Source: Haliotis rufescens
Lineage: Eukaryota
Direction of reading: 5' to 3'
Length of the DNA: 64,000 nt
NCBI RefSeq assembly: GCF_023055435.1
Contig: NW_025964223.1
Coordinates: 60,388,001-60,452,000 of the forward strand
Positions 1 through 14,297 of this stretch are shown here, piece after piece (the stretch's first letter is position 1; each line of letters begins with the position of its first letter). Both the position numbers and the translations under genes were made by a program. Below the pieces are notes generated by a model. That model was given only the letters and a program-made list of their open reading frames with translations, did not search any database and had not been told where the DNA came from.

Positions 1-1646
1 TGAAAGACAAGACGAACCTTCCCTACGTGGAGGCCACCATTATGGAAGTGTTGAGACACGCTGACATTGCCCCCGTCAGTGCCCTGCACACTGTTCCCCA
101 TGATGTCCACTTCAGGGGATTCAACTTCCCCAAAGGCGTCCCAGTTGCATTGATGCTTGATTCAGTCCTTCAAGACCCGGATGTATGGGGAGATCCAGAT
201 CGTTTCCGCCCTGACCGTTTCCTTGACGACACAGGCAAAATCCAAAAGAAAGACGAGTTCATCCCATTTTCTCTTGGTAAGTTTATTCTCTTGGTAAGTT
301 TGTAATGGTAAATGTTCAGCAAAGAGAAAAGCCAAGATGTTCAGAAGCTGAAAACTTAAACTTGAGAACCTTTGCAAACAAAATATTTAAAGGTTTCTTT
401 CCTTTTTCCTTTCTTTGTTGTTTAACGCCGCACTAATTTCCAGCAATAACATAGCGGTCTGAATAATCGAGTTCGGACCATCCAGACCTTAGCATCATGG
501 GCATCGATCTACGCAACTCTGATACGATGACATGATAACCGCCAAGTCAGCGAGACTGACCACCCCATCCCGTTAGTCACCTCTCACGACAGGCATGGGT
601 TGCTGCAATGGTTCCTCAATTACTTGTATGTACCATGTCCCCCGGACCATATTTAGTCAATGTCACTAATGTTATATTGTTTTATGAAGCTGACGGCAGT
701 GTAGAGAACAAATACATGCAAGTGATTCCGTGACATTTGATTGGCTAACCAAGCTATTTTTATGTGCGTTTATGGATCCATAAACCGAAAAATATAGGCC
801 ACGTCCTGATTGGCTCACAAGAAAATGGGAGGGGCTTGTATTGCATTATTGCGCTGAACGTAGTCACTGAGTTTTTGTGTTGATGATTGTATAGTCAGTG
901 AAAATATTGTTGTTTACGTATTTATTTATAAGAATTGATTTTGGGTAAAGGAATTATGAACATATAAACCGGTGTGCACAGTTAAATAAATAGTGTGTAC
1001 ATCTGGTTTCACATTTATATTTGCATGAAGGTAAAAAATATTGAAGTCAATTTATAAATATCACTGCGGTCTGGTAATGAGTGAGTGAGTATGGTTTTAC
1101 GCCGCTTTTAGCAATATTACAGCAATATCACGGCGGGGAACACCAGAAATGGGCTTCACACGTTGTACCCATGTCGGGAATCGAACCCGGGTCTTCGGCG
1201 TGACGAGAGAACGCTGTAACTAATAGGCTACCCGACCGTTCCGGTCTGGTAATGATAAGGGTCTTGGTCAAGGAAACCTAGAATGGTGGTATGAACAGCA
1301 TCAACATGGTGGGTACGGTGACACACAGCCAGGTTGCATATTGTAATGTGGCTTTAAGCGACAAACAAACAAACAAACAAACACATCTCATATTGTGAAA
1401 CATCCGAATATAAATTCAAATTAATTAATTGTTCCAGGTCGAAGAGTTTGTCTTGGTGAGGCGATGGCCCGGATGGAGCTCTTTCTCTTCCTCACCACCA
1501 TGCTTCAGAGGTTCCAGTTCGTCCCGGTGAATGGGCAGATGCCATCCCTACAGGGAAATATAGGGTTAACGCACTGCCCGAAACCATTCCTGATAAAATC
1601 CATTCCAAGGGTTCAATCTTTATACAGTCAAAAGAGTAACAAGTGA
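1..1646 (+). CDS. Cytochrome P450, CYP2 clan, paralog A (5'-truncated by the window edge); exons <1..276 and 1438..1646
   Basis: ExxR (EVLR), PDRF and the heme motif FSLG|RRVCLG split by a GT-AG intron (277..1437); stop TGA at 1644-1646. Confidence 0.93.
1081..1241 (-). mobile_element. tRNA-derived SINE, family 1 (~165 bp)
   Basis: A box TAGCCTA.TAG, B box GGTTCGATTCC, (ACTC)n tail, 14-bp TSD CGGTCTGGTAATGA. Confidence 0.88.
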
Positions 1647-3077
1647 CAAAATATGTAAATGAGTTAAACTCAGCGACACTTCCACGTGCACATGATGTGG
1701 CGCATTGCAAATTCTGCAATCGACCGAAAACTGCACGACAGTTTACGAACCGGATTTCGATTTCGGTGCGCGATTTTGATTGGACTATGCATAGACTAGT
1801 TAGTCCAGCCAAAATGTGGCGCATGACTTGCAAACATCTGACACGCGTGTATGAATCACAATCAAATGGTGTTCGCGAATAGATGAGCGTATCCTACCCG
1901 ACTCGTGGCACCCTCACAAACACATGCAAAAAACATGTTCACCTGTCCATTAATCCTGAACGTATACATAGTATAGCAATCGTATAAGATTAGTGTTAGT
2001 CTCCAGCAAACTTATACTTCACTTCAATGACAGGTTACTCTCTTAGCAAACCATTTTCTATCAAACAAATAAAGCAACGAAACCCTTTCCATGTCCAACA
2101 GAAATCTCTGCATAAAGCAGAGTCGATAGTACGATTCCGACTATATCATGAGCATGTGTTTATGAATCACTATCAAATAGTAATGATACCAGGTGTTCGC
2201 GAAAAGGTGAGCGTATCCTGACCCACATGTGGCACCCGTCACAAACACATGAAAAGGCAAGTCAATTGTTTACCTCAAAAGACACGGGATCATGTGGTAC
2301 AAGTCAAAATAGGAAATAGCATCGGACATCAGTTTGTCACTGATGCGTCAAATTTGAAAATGTCCTCCACATGTCTACCATTAAACGTTTTAAAAGCTTT
2401 ACTGAGGCCTTGAATGTTGTCACCTTGTACAAACAACTTCTGAGCAAGAGTCGTATGACGCTCTTTAAAATCTTGGTAGGAAGAGCATGCTCAATTGTAT
2501 CTCAAAATAATTGTTCTGTATATTCTGTTTGGAATAAAGTCATACTGTTAAAGCGCAATCCTTTTCACTCAATTTGTTCACAGGTCGAACGGTTTTGAAG
2601 GTGACTGAAGACGTACGATAACCAGTGAGTGATTGAGTGAGTTAGGTTTAACGCTGCTTTTAACAGTATTCCAGTTATATCACAGCGTGTCAGCTTGATG
2701 GAAGCCCGAAATGATAAGAGATAACAAGAGATATTCTAGACTGAATCACAGGAATAAGTAGCTCATAGAAAATGAAAAGCACGAAGGATAATGGATTAAT
2801 ATTTTATAAATGTTTTTGTTTAAATGAATGAATGGGTCTCCTGAGAATACTGGTAATTCCAACACTTAATACACTGGGGATGTGTGTCAGCTGTAGCTTC
2901 CAGCTTCCCTTCCACTGACGGGAGCCAGCTCGGAGTCGACACGAACGACCGACATGCGCACTGTTCAGCTGACTCAGTCTATACATATTGATAACCCAGT
3001 GGTGTTTGGAATCAGTAGTTGAACTCATTCTCGCTCTTGTGTCGTGTTATAGACGAATTGGAAACTAGCGTAAGACA

Positions 3078-6000
3078 ATGTGGGAGTGTGGAGTTACAAC
3101 AGTTGGCTCATTTCTAGCTGTTGTGCTGGCTGTGTCGTGGCTGTTGACGCGGCGGCGTTCTGGACTTCCCCCAGGGCCCCCTCTCCTCCCGTTTTTGGGG
3201 AACGCCCTGTCTATGGGCTCTGATCCCCGGGTCACGTTTAAGAACCTCCGACAGAGGTATGGCGACATCTTTAGTGTGTATGTCTTCCACCAGCCCCTCA
3301 TAGTCCTCAACGGCTACAATGTTATAAAGGAAGCCATTGTCAAGAACGCCGACGTCTTCTCAGATAGACCACATTCTTTTATAACTGAGTTTATAGCACG
3401 GGGAAAAGGTACGTTTTTTATATTGAAACCGAATTCAAGGTGTCATAATTGCGATTCTAAAAATTTATTAACACTTCTGATCCGATTTCAAACATGGCCG
3501 GGGGCGGTCGGGTAGCCTAGTGGTTAAAGCGTTCGCTCGTCACGCCGAAGACCCGGGTTCGATTCCCGACATGGGTACAATGTCTGAAGCCCATTTCTGG
3601 TGTCCCCCGCCGTGATATTGCTGGAAAATTGCTAAAAACGGCGTAAAACCGTACTCACTCACTCAAACATGGCCGGCACGTCGACGCCTGCCATGTTCAC
3701 AAGAAAGGACGACGGCCAAATGATACCATGCATATGGAAGAGGTTGTGCCTAGCAAGGCTATACTCTGTGTCATTTAAAGAAATTAAACGACCCCAGCAA
3801 CTATTGCTGATGGGTGGGTCTACAAACAGTAAGAGCCCACAGTATCAACTGGAGAGTATAGTTCTTGATATCGCTTTGAAACGTAAGGCCCGACCAGGAA
3901 CAGACTCCACTAAATCAGGTAAAGGCTGCATGTTCTTGAAATTAAAATTTGCAAACAAGGGAATTGATGTCTTAATCACTTTCCCAAAAAAGCCCACAAT
4001 ATTTCACATTTCAGGAACCACCAACATTTTCCTATACGAACACCATTTCATCCAGGTTGTTCAATTATAGGAACGTGTTGCAGGACGTGGACTTGGCAGC
4101 TCGTGATGTACATTCCACTACTTGTGGCTGCCAAGACTCAACCTGTAGGTCATATAATCACACGTGACATCTCTAGATCTAGTGTTGACAATGACAACCT
4201 TCGTCTGTTATTCAAGTATGGACCAAAATATCGAGAGCAATCTCCTAGCAATTGAAATCACAACTTTAAAATCATTATAGATGCAGTTAAAGCATACATG
4301 TATGCCAAGTGGTCCAAAAGAGAAGAGGAATCTGTTGAATGTATTTTAGAGTGGGTTAAGTCAGTGTGTGATGTTGTCATTTGTAGAAAGCACAAACTTA
4401 GAAAGAGTGATGGTTCAATCTGTCGCTACCGGTCTGGTTCCCGGATCAATGTGCGCTGCGACAACTAGTGACATCTATAGGCGGAACCAATCTTAAACGT
4501 TGCCGTTTCACCTTCATTCGAAACCGGTCTTTACACCTGAATTTTTTTATCGAGCACATATTTTGTAGATTATTAGTATAGAATATCAACATTTGTTCAG
4601 TCTTCAACTAAAACACAAACTGACACGATGGCAGATAGCGGGAAAAGTCCATGATATTTTGCCACGGCATTTTCTACGTCAGAAAACAGCGAGGCATTGT
4701 AATTTATTTATCAGCCTTTGTGTTATTTCGCTAGTTAGTCCTTAACTATTGCAGCATTCAAATATAACAAATAGTTTTACATACTACCTTGAATGAATTC
4801 AATTCCAAAAAATTGGAGATACCATGCCTACATTTGCAGAACACTGACATCTTTCACAGGTCTTCACCAGGGGTCTAATAATATTATACATCCGTGCCTT
4901 TACTACCAATTGAAGAAGAAATAACATTCAGAATAAAAACAAATGATTTTAAATGTTTCTTTTATATCAACATTTCCACTTACATCTGATTTTCTTTATT
5001 TTTAATTCTGACAATATTGTTTAGAAATATACCATATCAAAGTCTACAATGCATCCAACAACCAATCACCTGCTCAGTTGCAATAGACATACCTGTAATC
5101 ATAATTTGAAATGAAAAATACCTATATTATTCTGCCCTTTAAAAAACGTATCCCCTCATTTGGTGCTGTGAGTCATCACTGGTGCTAATTTATTGACCAA
5201 TATCTTACAACATTCTGATACTCATGCTTTTAAAATAGTAGTAAATTACAGAGACCTGTCCCAACAAACAACAAATCATACTGACTACCCCACAATATGT
5301 GTATGATTCATAAATAGATGTAAATGATAGTTGTATCATCTTGTTTTGGTAACATATGTCGACGAGTTATCTAAAACTATGCACTATCCTGCTATACTTG
5401 GTCGCCGTATGTTGATGTAGGCAATCGGGTCCTTGCTACATGGGTGTGACTGACATGCTGTTTGTTTGTTTGTTTGTTGTTGTTTAACGCCGCACCCAGA
5501 CAATCCAGGGATTTACATCATGAACATCGATCCACGCATTTGGGATTGTTGACATGTATCAACCAAGTCAGCGAGCTTGACCACCCGATCCCGTTAGTCG
5601 CCTTTTACGACAAGCATAGTCGCCTTTTGGTTGCTGAAGCATGGGTTGCTGAAGACCTATTCTAGCCCGGTTCTTCACGGGTCTTACTGACATGTATGTA
5701 CAACGCGAGCTGTATCATCAGTACCTGCTGAGATAATATTCTACTTTCGAGGGACGCGGAAACTAATCCCGGACCTAATGGTAAAGGTGTTGACAGGTCT
5801 GAACTTACTGCGTTAAAATCAGAGATTATACAGGAACTTCGTTCAATGACAAGTGAGCTTGCACGTGATATTAGGGACATTAAAACCCAAACTCGCAAAC
5901 TCATTGGTACCGTGGAAGACATTAAGCGAGATATGGAAGACCTAAAGGGTGAACAGACTATATTACGTTTAGATATTGAGGCAGTAAACGAACGTTTGGA

Positions 6001-9000
6001 CCAAATAGAGCAGACTCACAGTATACCTGCAGAACCCACAGCTACAGTGATACAGTTACAGAACGAGTGAGTGAGTGAGTATGGTTTTACGCCGCTCTAG
6101 CAATATTCCAGCAATATCACGGCGGGGGGACACCAGAAATGGGCTTCACACATTGTACCCATGTCGGGAATCGAACCCGGGTCTTCGGCGTGACGAGCGA
6201 ACGCTTTAACCACTAGGCTACCCGACCGCCCCAGTTACAGAACGAAGTAGAAAGACTAGAACAATATAGCAGAAAGAACAATGTTTTGTTATTTGAAGTT
6301 TCGGAAAACAGTGAAGAAAACAAAACTGGTTGTAAAGATGTTGTTTGTGACATTCTAAATTCGGGGAAAACAACAGCTGACATCGTTGAGATACGTGTCT
6401 CTTCTAAATGGTCGCTGTGATACGGATTTAGGTATAGGTGATTATACTTACATCGGTCACTCAGGCTCCAGTGTAATTGACTACATTATTGTATCCAATA
6501 GTCTATTCTTCCACTGTAACACATTTGATATTGTGTCGAGGGCAGAATCCTCACACCTTCCACTATCTTGTTCATCTCAAGCACGTGACCTGGAGATTCC
6601 CGTTGAGACAGCAGGGGCCGCACGTGCGCCTCGTGAAAACTACCACTACGTGTGGGACATGGCGAAACTACAACAGTTCAGGGATAATCTTGTATTGCCA
6701 CACGTGGTTGATTGTTTTGAACAATGTACTCTGTTACTACCAGATAATATATATGGTGCACGGACGCCATTTATACAGCTGCTCAGTGCATGAAAAGGAC
6801 TTGTAAGTCTCGCGACAGCCACTCACAACCCTGGTGTGACAGTGTGTGTCGGTACTACAGGTGGGAGAGAGAGAGAGGTGTTTCAGAATATATAGACATC
6901 TTAAGAATGATAGCACCTTAGTTAGTTATTCAAAATCAAGAAATACTTATACACGTTAATTAGTGATAAAAAGAAAAGTTATAATGAATATATGCGTAAT
7001 AAGGTTTTATCTTGTCTTCCAAATAGTAAATGTTTCTGGTCTACCATAAGAGCATTATTTTTAGAGTGTGGCAGCTCTTTTACCTAACATATCACTAGAA
7101 CAATGGGTCGATCATTTTAAAGATGTGTTTGACAATCCAACAGATGAAGATATGGTTATCACCGATACAACTATTAATGATAGTCATGATGATATGAGTT
7201 GCTATATTCTGGACTCCCCAATTTCACAAGAGGGGGTGCTATGTGCCATCAACTCTTTGAAATGTGATAAATCCGCAGGAAATGACCACCTCATTTCAGA
7301 ATTTGTTAAATATGCGAGTGATATTTTTGTCCCGTATCTTACAGTGCTGTTTAATAAGTTGTTTGATAATGCATACTTTCCTGAATCTTGGTCTTTGGGA
7401 ATTATTGTTCCGATACATAAGCGAGGAGACATCCATTCCCCATCCAACTATAGGGGTATATCAGTCCTTAGTGCACTGAGTTAGTTGTATCTTTCTATTT
7501 TGAACGGAAGGGTCACGTCTTGGTGTGAGGTCTATGGTAAAATTGCAGAGTCCCAAGCTGGTTTTCGTCGTGATTACTCCACCATAGATAATATCTTTAT
7601 ATTACAGTGTATTATACAGAGATATATCAGTAAGCGTAAGGGTAGGGTATATGGTTTGTTTGTCGATTTTGCAAAAGCCTTCGACAGTGTAAACCGGATG
7701 AAATTATGGTCAATACTAGTCAATAAAGGTGTCTCTGGCAAAATGATAAAAGCTATACAGTCTATTTATACAGCTGTTAAGGCCAGTGTTAAATTTTAAC
7801 ATTCATTTTCTGAAATGTTTCAAAGCGTATTGATGTTCTAGAAAAGTATTGTAATGATTATGATCTAGGTGTCAATTTGGATAAAACCAAGGTTGTTTTT
7901 AAGAAAGGTGGAGTGTTGTCAAGAAAAGAGATTTGGTATTACAAAGGTCTAAAGTTGGAGTATGTGTCTTCCCATAAATATTTGGGCGTTACTTTTACGA
8001 GAAGCCTGTCCTGGTCAAGTCATTTCTCTAATGCTGGTTTACGATGGAAAAAAGCAATGTTTGGAATTTTAAAGTCATTAATAAAATTACATCCTCTTCG
8101 ACATGACTTATATTTTAAAATATTTGATATGAGTGAGTGAGTTTGGTTTAACGCCGCTTTTAACAGTATTCCAATTATATCGCGGCGTGTCAGCTTAATG
8201 TGGGAGGAAAGCTCAAAGTGATGCAGGTCTCAGACGTATACCACTTCGGTGAAACCCACGAGCACGGGTATGGTGCTGACAAACCTAGAAACATAATCGG
8301 GGCCAGCCGGAATTTCGAACCCACAATCATAGGTTTCTGGCGTGCCCAAGGGACGCAACTCTGCACAGCGATCAACGATCAATGCATTTACCAGTATTTA
8401 TGTTATTTGTTTGTACAGATAACAGATTAAATACGTATATATAGTGACTGCTAAAAAGTCATGTATGTGTAATCTTATACCAGTACATATGCAAAATTAT
8501 AAAAATATATCAAATAAAGTAAGAACATTGTGCAATGCAGGTAATTATTACTTTTTATGTTAAGAGAAAAAAGAATGACATAAATTCGTTTGCGTGGGAA
8601 TTTGAAACATATCAGTTTAGAACAAGGAACATAAAAAAGCAAGGTCTGACGAAATTAAGAATGAGTTTGATTTATTACAATCATCTGATCATTGTCAAAG
8701 CAAACTGGATGTAGGCGATGTTCATACAATCATCAGTATTGAGATTGAAAATTAGTTTTTTTATTTCCAAGATCCCATGAAACGTTATCATCGTAGTGTT
8801 TGGCAACAAACAGCCACCATTCATCCATAAAATCTGTTTATACACCATCCACTAATTAACCCCAACAAAAATCAAAATGGATTTCAGTGATTTCACTTTC
8901 ATTTTTGTAATTTGTATTTTGATATGTAGTTGATGAGAATTTGTCAGTGCCTGTCTTTTCACAATGTTTTGAAATATGATGCTCACCTCTTTCAGTTATA

Positions 9001-9358
9001 TACCTGATAAGTACTTGTGTTGCTGTCAAAATTCACAGCATTTACTGGCAAACTTTATGTTGCATAAGACCTTCACATTTCGCGTACCTCATCGCCTTAC
9101 CGCTGTACTGAAATATAGTCTGATCGGCGATAATACAACATCGATATGGGTACGTGTACAATGAAACTAAACCTCATTTTTAAAAAGTGTGATATTCAAA
9201 CATCAAGGGCAGCACTTTCAGTACCGATTGCAAAACGTCAACAAAGCGACTTGTAATGAACGATCAGCTGATCCCACAGACTCGCGTCGAACGGCAGCTA
9301 GTGGTCTATTATTACAATGTAAGCAGTCGTGTTCATCCCTGGTGTATCATTCAATCAC

Positions 9359-9420
<62 letters not shown>

Positions 9421-12400
9421 GACATGACAATAGATAGATCATTGTTTAGGCGAAAAGATATACTGCGCATACACCATAGTGAACGTTACCGATTGATGTG
9501 AAGCTGGTTAACTATCTAAAGGATCGTAACACGTATCGCTCGTATCGCGCATACCACATGCGCTGTCAGTTTAATGTTTGACCGGCCGGGTCAGCGCACC
9601 AAGCGGGTTAGTGAAGGGAAGAGAAATTGAAACGATCGCCCATTGGCTGAGAAGGCGCATCATAGTTTTATCATAAGTTTCGGACAAATTTCAAAAATAG
9701 AATCTTCATGCAGACGCAGTCCAATCACATTAACATCAGATCTTAGCGCTCGCTGCCGCAAATAACTAAGATCGGATTGTAAAGGGAAACAACGCTCTAA
9801 GTTTGAAAGTCTCGAAATATAGATCGGCTTTTTCTTCGGGGATTGAAAATTTGCTTATTATGGACTGCATGTTATGTTATGTTATGTGCGAAAATACGAC
9901 AAACCAATCAGAATGCGCTTATGATTTCGAGTTCTATGTCAAATAATCTCTCAGAAATATTTTTTGATTTGTACATATGTCTTGCATCTAAAATAAACCC
10001 AAGACACAGTTATATGTCTTCAATCATACTGTATAATTCCGCACTTCCCGATGTGCTTTAAATTGCATCTGAAATATATATGAACCATTACGCAAAGTGT
10101 TGACATTTGTTTTAGGTATGCCCGTTTGCGCTAAGACGGAACCCAGTCGCAAAAATGGCCATGAGAGGGGCACGAGTCGCTATTCGGCTTGTCCTGGAAT
10201 AAACACATGCTCATGATATTGTCGGAATCGTACAATCGACAGATTTTGGCAGAGATTTCTATGGAATATGAAAAGAGTTTTGTCGCTTTTATTTAACACG
10301 TGTGTTTTATTTTGACGTATAGGGGGCACGGGTGTCATCTAAGGCGCCGCAGTTGCCTGTACAGAGTCCATTCCCTGAGGTATGCCAAAAACCGCAGTTG
10401 CCTGTACAGAGTCCATTCCCTGAGGTATGCCAAAAACCGCAGTTGCCTGTACAGAGTCCATTCCCTGAGGTATGCCAAAAACCGCAGTTGCCTGTACAGA
10501 GTCCATTCCCTGGGGTATGCCAAAAACCGCAGTTGCCTGTACAGAGTCCATTCCCTGGGGTATGCCAAAAACCCTATGATCATAGATTCGCCCTGATTGT
10601 GTTTCTAGTTTTGCACTTCACCCTACCCGTACCCATGGTTTTCACAAAGACCTGCTCCCACATCAAGCTGACACGCCGTGATAAGACTCAAGATTCACTC
10701 ATTATTTTGTCATGTCAATGATTTTGTTTGTTGAATTCTTCCGACAGGAGTTGCCTCAACCTCCGGGGAAGTGTGGCACGAACAGAGGCGATTTGCTCTC
10801 AACACTCTGCGAGAGTTTGGGGTGGGAAGAACCGTCATGGAAGACAAGATAAACCAGGAAATCGCAGAGTTTGTGGCAGCCGTGGAGGAAGAGAAAGGCC
10901 AGGGTTTTGACATTAAGCGTCTTGTGCATAACGCCGTGTCAAATGTCATCTGTTCCACTGTCTTTGGCAAACGTTTTGAATATACAGACCCTCTCTTCGT
11001 CACATTCCTGACAGCAATGGAAGAGAATTTTGAAAACATTCCAGCATATGGATTATTGAACGTTTTCCCACTTGTTCGATTTTTGCCTGGAGATCCGTTC
11101 CTGTTCAGGAAAACAATGAACAATATGAATTGGGTGGTTAATCTATTAATAGATCCTTCAATTAAAGATCACATAAACAATCACGATGACGACAACCTGG
11201 ACGACTTTATCCACGTATACTTGAAAGAGATGCGACTTCGCCAACAGAAACAAGACACCACCACGTTAGACTGTAAGTTTTAATTGTACTTAAAGGTACT
11301 TATAGGATAAACATTATGTTTTTCCGTAGCTCAGGGTGTTGTTGGATATTTACAGCCGAGGCTTTATTGCTTCTGACACTATTTAAAAAACAAAGGTTAT
11401 CAGTACTTTTGCTTTGATTTGATTTAAACATATTTTATTGCGGAAAACCAAATGGATTAGGCACAAGTGACACACTTACGAGGCCTTCTCCTATATACAT
11501 TTCATTACGTTGTGGTATGTGAATTCTGTGGTGCAGAATAAATGTACAGTGCATAGGAATTACAAGTAATGAGAAAATATAATAACACACACATATTCAT
11601 AGATATACAGTATTACACACAAACACATATACCTACATACACTCACACATACATCTACATATATACATATGATGAATTTACATTTTTGGTATACAATGGT
11701 ACATGATATATTTATAGAATAACATAGTACCTACATGTAATAGACATTTTAAATGTATGTGAAGGGCGGGAAATCTAGAATGTAACTAAGCTGTGATAGT
11801 AACAAGGAATGCTATTGTTTTACATCAAAATCAAAATACTTTTGCTTTGTTGATGCAACATTTCGAAATAGACTCGTATCAGCACAAAATGTTACTTTTC
11901 TTGTGACATAAATACCATAATATGTATTCGTGTGGGGTGAGGTATTATATCCTTAACTTATTCAAACATAGTATTATGTAAAGTTTTATGTATAGCTGCA
12001 TATGTGAGTGTCTGAAAGTCAAGTGGGCTTATGCCACAGTTTATGCCGTGTGTAAATATCTTGACATACGAGTAGTCGGTAGTGGGATTCAATATATATT
12101 TTACTTATTAATTTATTTGACCCTTGTACTTTGATATGCTCCTAACGTCTTTCTAACTTCATTTCCTCGCATTGTAAACATCATCTCCAATGAAGGTGAA
12201 ATTTCATATGCATATTCCCGTCAAACATGTCATCTGTATTTGTTCGAGAATTTTGAATTTTCATGTAGCGACAAAGGTAGCCATGATGTAAAACCTATTT
12301 ATGGTTAAAAATCAGATATTGTTGATCAAGGTGTGAGGAATTGAGTATATATGTAGTGTTTGGATTCAATCTATATCGTTTCTCTTAATATATACTGTGT

Positions 12401-13384
12401 ATTAAGTTTGACCTTCAGCTGGCCCTTGTGTTTTACCGTGTTCTTAAAAACTATCCAAATGCATCGTTGATTCAGTGAACATGTCTGAAGTTGCCAGATC
12501 GAGGAGTGAGTGAGTGAGTATGGTTTTACGCCGCTTTTAGCAATATTCCAGCAATATCACGGCGGGGGACACCAGAAATGGGCTTCACACATTGTACCCA
12601 TGTCGGGAATCGAACCCGGGTCTTCGGCGTGACGAGCGAACGCTTTAACCACTAGGCTACCCGACCGCCCCCGCCCCTCCAGATCGAGGAAACTGAATTT
12701 TCTTTCAGAATCTGCATTGATTCAATTTTAAAAAATGTTCATCTCCTTCTGCATATTAACCTTTCAACATGCCTTTCGTAGGTATATTACTGTCTGGCTT
12801 AAGTTTTTGTCTGTCTCATGGTACATCTGTCGCGGCATTGACATTTGGTTCCTGTTGGCAGTGGAGAATCTGGCTCGGACCATTGCTGATCTGTTCAATG
12901 CTGGCACAGAGACAACGGCCACCACAATACCCTGGACACTGGTCTACTTCCTGAACTACCCGGATGTTCAGGAGAAGTGCTTTCAAGAAATCCAGGAGAA
13001 CGTTGGTCAGAGCAGACGGCCCTCCATGAAAGACAAGACGAACCTTCCCTACGTGGAGGCCACCATTATGGAAGTGTTGCGATATGGTAACATTGTCCCT
13101 ACTGGTGTCCCTCACGCCGTTCCACATGATGTCCAGTTCAGAGGCTACACCTTCCCAAAAGGAGTCACAGTTATCACGAACCTTGATTCAGTCCTTCAAG
13201 ACCCGGATGTATGGGGAGACCCGCAAACCTTTAGACCAGACCGTTTCCTTGACGACGCAGGCAAGATTCAAAAGAGGGATGAATTCATCCCCTTTTCTCT
13301 GGGTGAGTTACAATAAACGTGACATATCTTAATCCATAGACTTGTAACATCTTGCACGCATACACGCACGCACGCACACAGATA

Positions 13385-13461
<77 letters not shown>

Positions 13462-13686
13462 CATACATACAATATTGACATTGTACTTTCTGTTGACATA
13501 TTTCAAGGTCGAAGAGTTTGCCTGGGAGAGTCGATGGCCCGGATGGAGCTCTTCTTATTCCTCACTACCATGATCCAGAGGTTCCAGTTCCTCCCGGTGG
13601 ACGGCCAGAAGCCGCCATTAGATGGGAAAATGCGCTTTACACTTTCTCCAAAACAATTCGAAGTAAAAGCAATTCCCCGAAACTAA
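3078..13686 (+). CDS. Cytochrome P450, CYP2 clan, paralog B, complete (~491 aa); exons 3078..3408, 10748..11272, 12862..13302, 13508..13686
   Basis: N-terminal TM anchor plus PPGPP hinge, WxxxR (WHEQR), I-helix AGTETT, EVLR, PDRF, FSLGRRVCLG. All introns are GT-AG and the joined length of 1476 nt keeps frame. Confidence 0.92.
3500..3664 (+). mobile_element. tRNA-derived SINE, family 1
   Basis: A and B boxes, tail, TSD TCAAACATGGCCGG. Confidence 0.9.
3830..4410 (+). mobile_element. Degenerate retroelement coding fragment, possibly a Penelope-like N-terminal region
   Basis: Frameshifted peptides FLKLKFANKGID and LRLLFKYGPKYREQ..NFKIIIDAV..KWSKREE..EWVKS resemble recalled invertebrate PLE ORFs. 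No search was run. Confidence 0.4.
5700..8130 (+). mobile_element. Decayed APE-type non-LTR retrotransposon (ORF1 fragment, endonuclease C-terminus, RT) in CYP-B intron 1; clade unresolved
   Basis: Coiled coil followed by LEQYSRKNN (ORF1); NGR..YTY..SVIDY..SSHLP (APE); KSAGND, W..GIIVPIHKRGD..PSNYRGIS, QAGFR..STIDNIFIL, FVDFAKAFDSV, KYLGV (RT). Contains stops, frameshifts and internal deletions. Confidence 0.9.
6067..6231 (-). mobile_element. tRNA-derived SINE, family 1, interrupting LINE ORF1
   Basis: TSD CAGTTACAGAACGA; the ORF1 frame resumes after it. Confidence 0.9.
9362..9417. repeat. (TA)n microsatellite
   Basis: Seen directly. Confidence 0.95.
10347..10573. repeat. 45-bp tandem repeat x5 inside a family 4 element
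   Basis: Unit CCGCAGTTGCCTGTACAGAGTCCATTCCCTG(A/G)GGTATGCCAAAAA. Confidence 0.95.
12506..12678 (-). mobile_element. tRNA-derived SINE, family 1
   Basis: TSD CCAGATCGAGGA. Confidence 0.9.
13388..13455. repeat. (TA)n microsatellite in CYP-B intron 3
   Basis: Seen directly. Confidence 0.95.
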
Positions 13687-14297
13687 AACTGTCCTGACCA
13701 GCACAATCTGAACAAGAAACAAAGTATACACGCTATAAAAGTGTCAGATTCAGATTAATTTATTTACTTAAAACCACCCAAGCTGATACAATATATCATT
13801 AACACCAGATAAATATACATAGACTAATTTAAGATATTGTGTACAAACGTAAATTAAAGAAAAGGTATGACAGTTTCCCCTGTAGCGTGTGCCACAATAT
13901 GCCATCCCCCGAACCTATTTACTTCCATGGCGAACAATGCAGTGTTCGCTAATTCTGCATAAACCTTGAGCCGGCCATCATCACCATTCACATTGAAACT
14001 GGATTCGTCAGTTTAAAAAACATGTCAGTGGAACTGTCGAGGAAACTGCCTAGTCGGACCCGGTTTCGAAGGGCTTCGGTACGGATAAAGCCATGTTGTT
14101 GAATAGACAACCCATTTGAATGCGACTGCGAGGATGATCAGGGCTGTGGCGTTCATGTCTCAGGTTTCATAAGAGATGGGTTGTTGCTCAGGTGGCGTCA
14201 GAGGTTGTCATCGAGTGGGCATTTCACAAACGGTTTGTATACAGGCTATATTAAATATATACTGAATGTATATTAAATATTTACTCGTTTAAACAGG

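Noticed and set aside
3500-3575. tRNA gene (GTC anticodon-like) here and at the other family 1 copies
   Set aside because: Always followed by the same SINE body, tail and TSD, so it is a SINE head.
10300-10721. Repetitive 15-aa-unit ORFs (cornifin/SPRR-like PEVCQKP)
   Set aside because: A 45-bp repeat inside a SINE-like element in a CYP intron; open in four frames.
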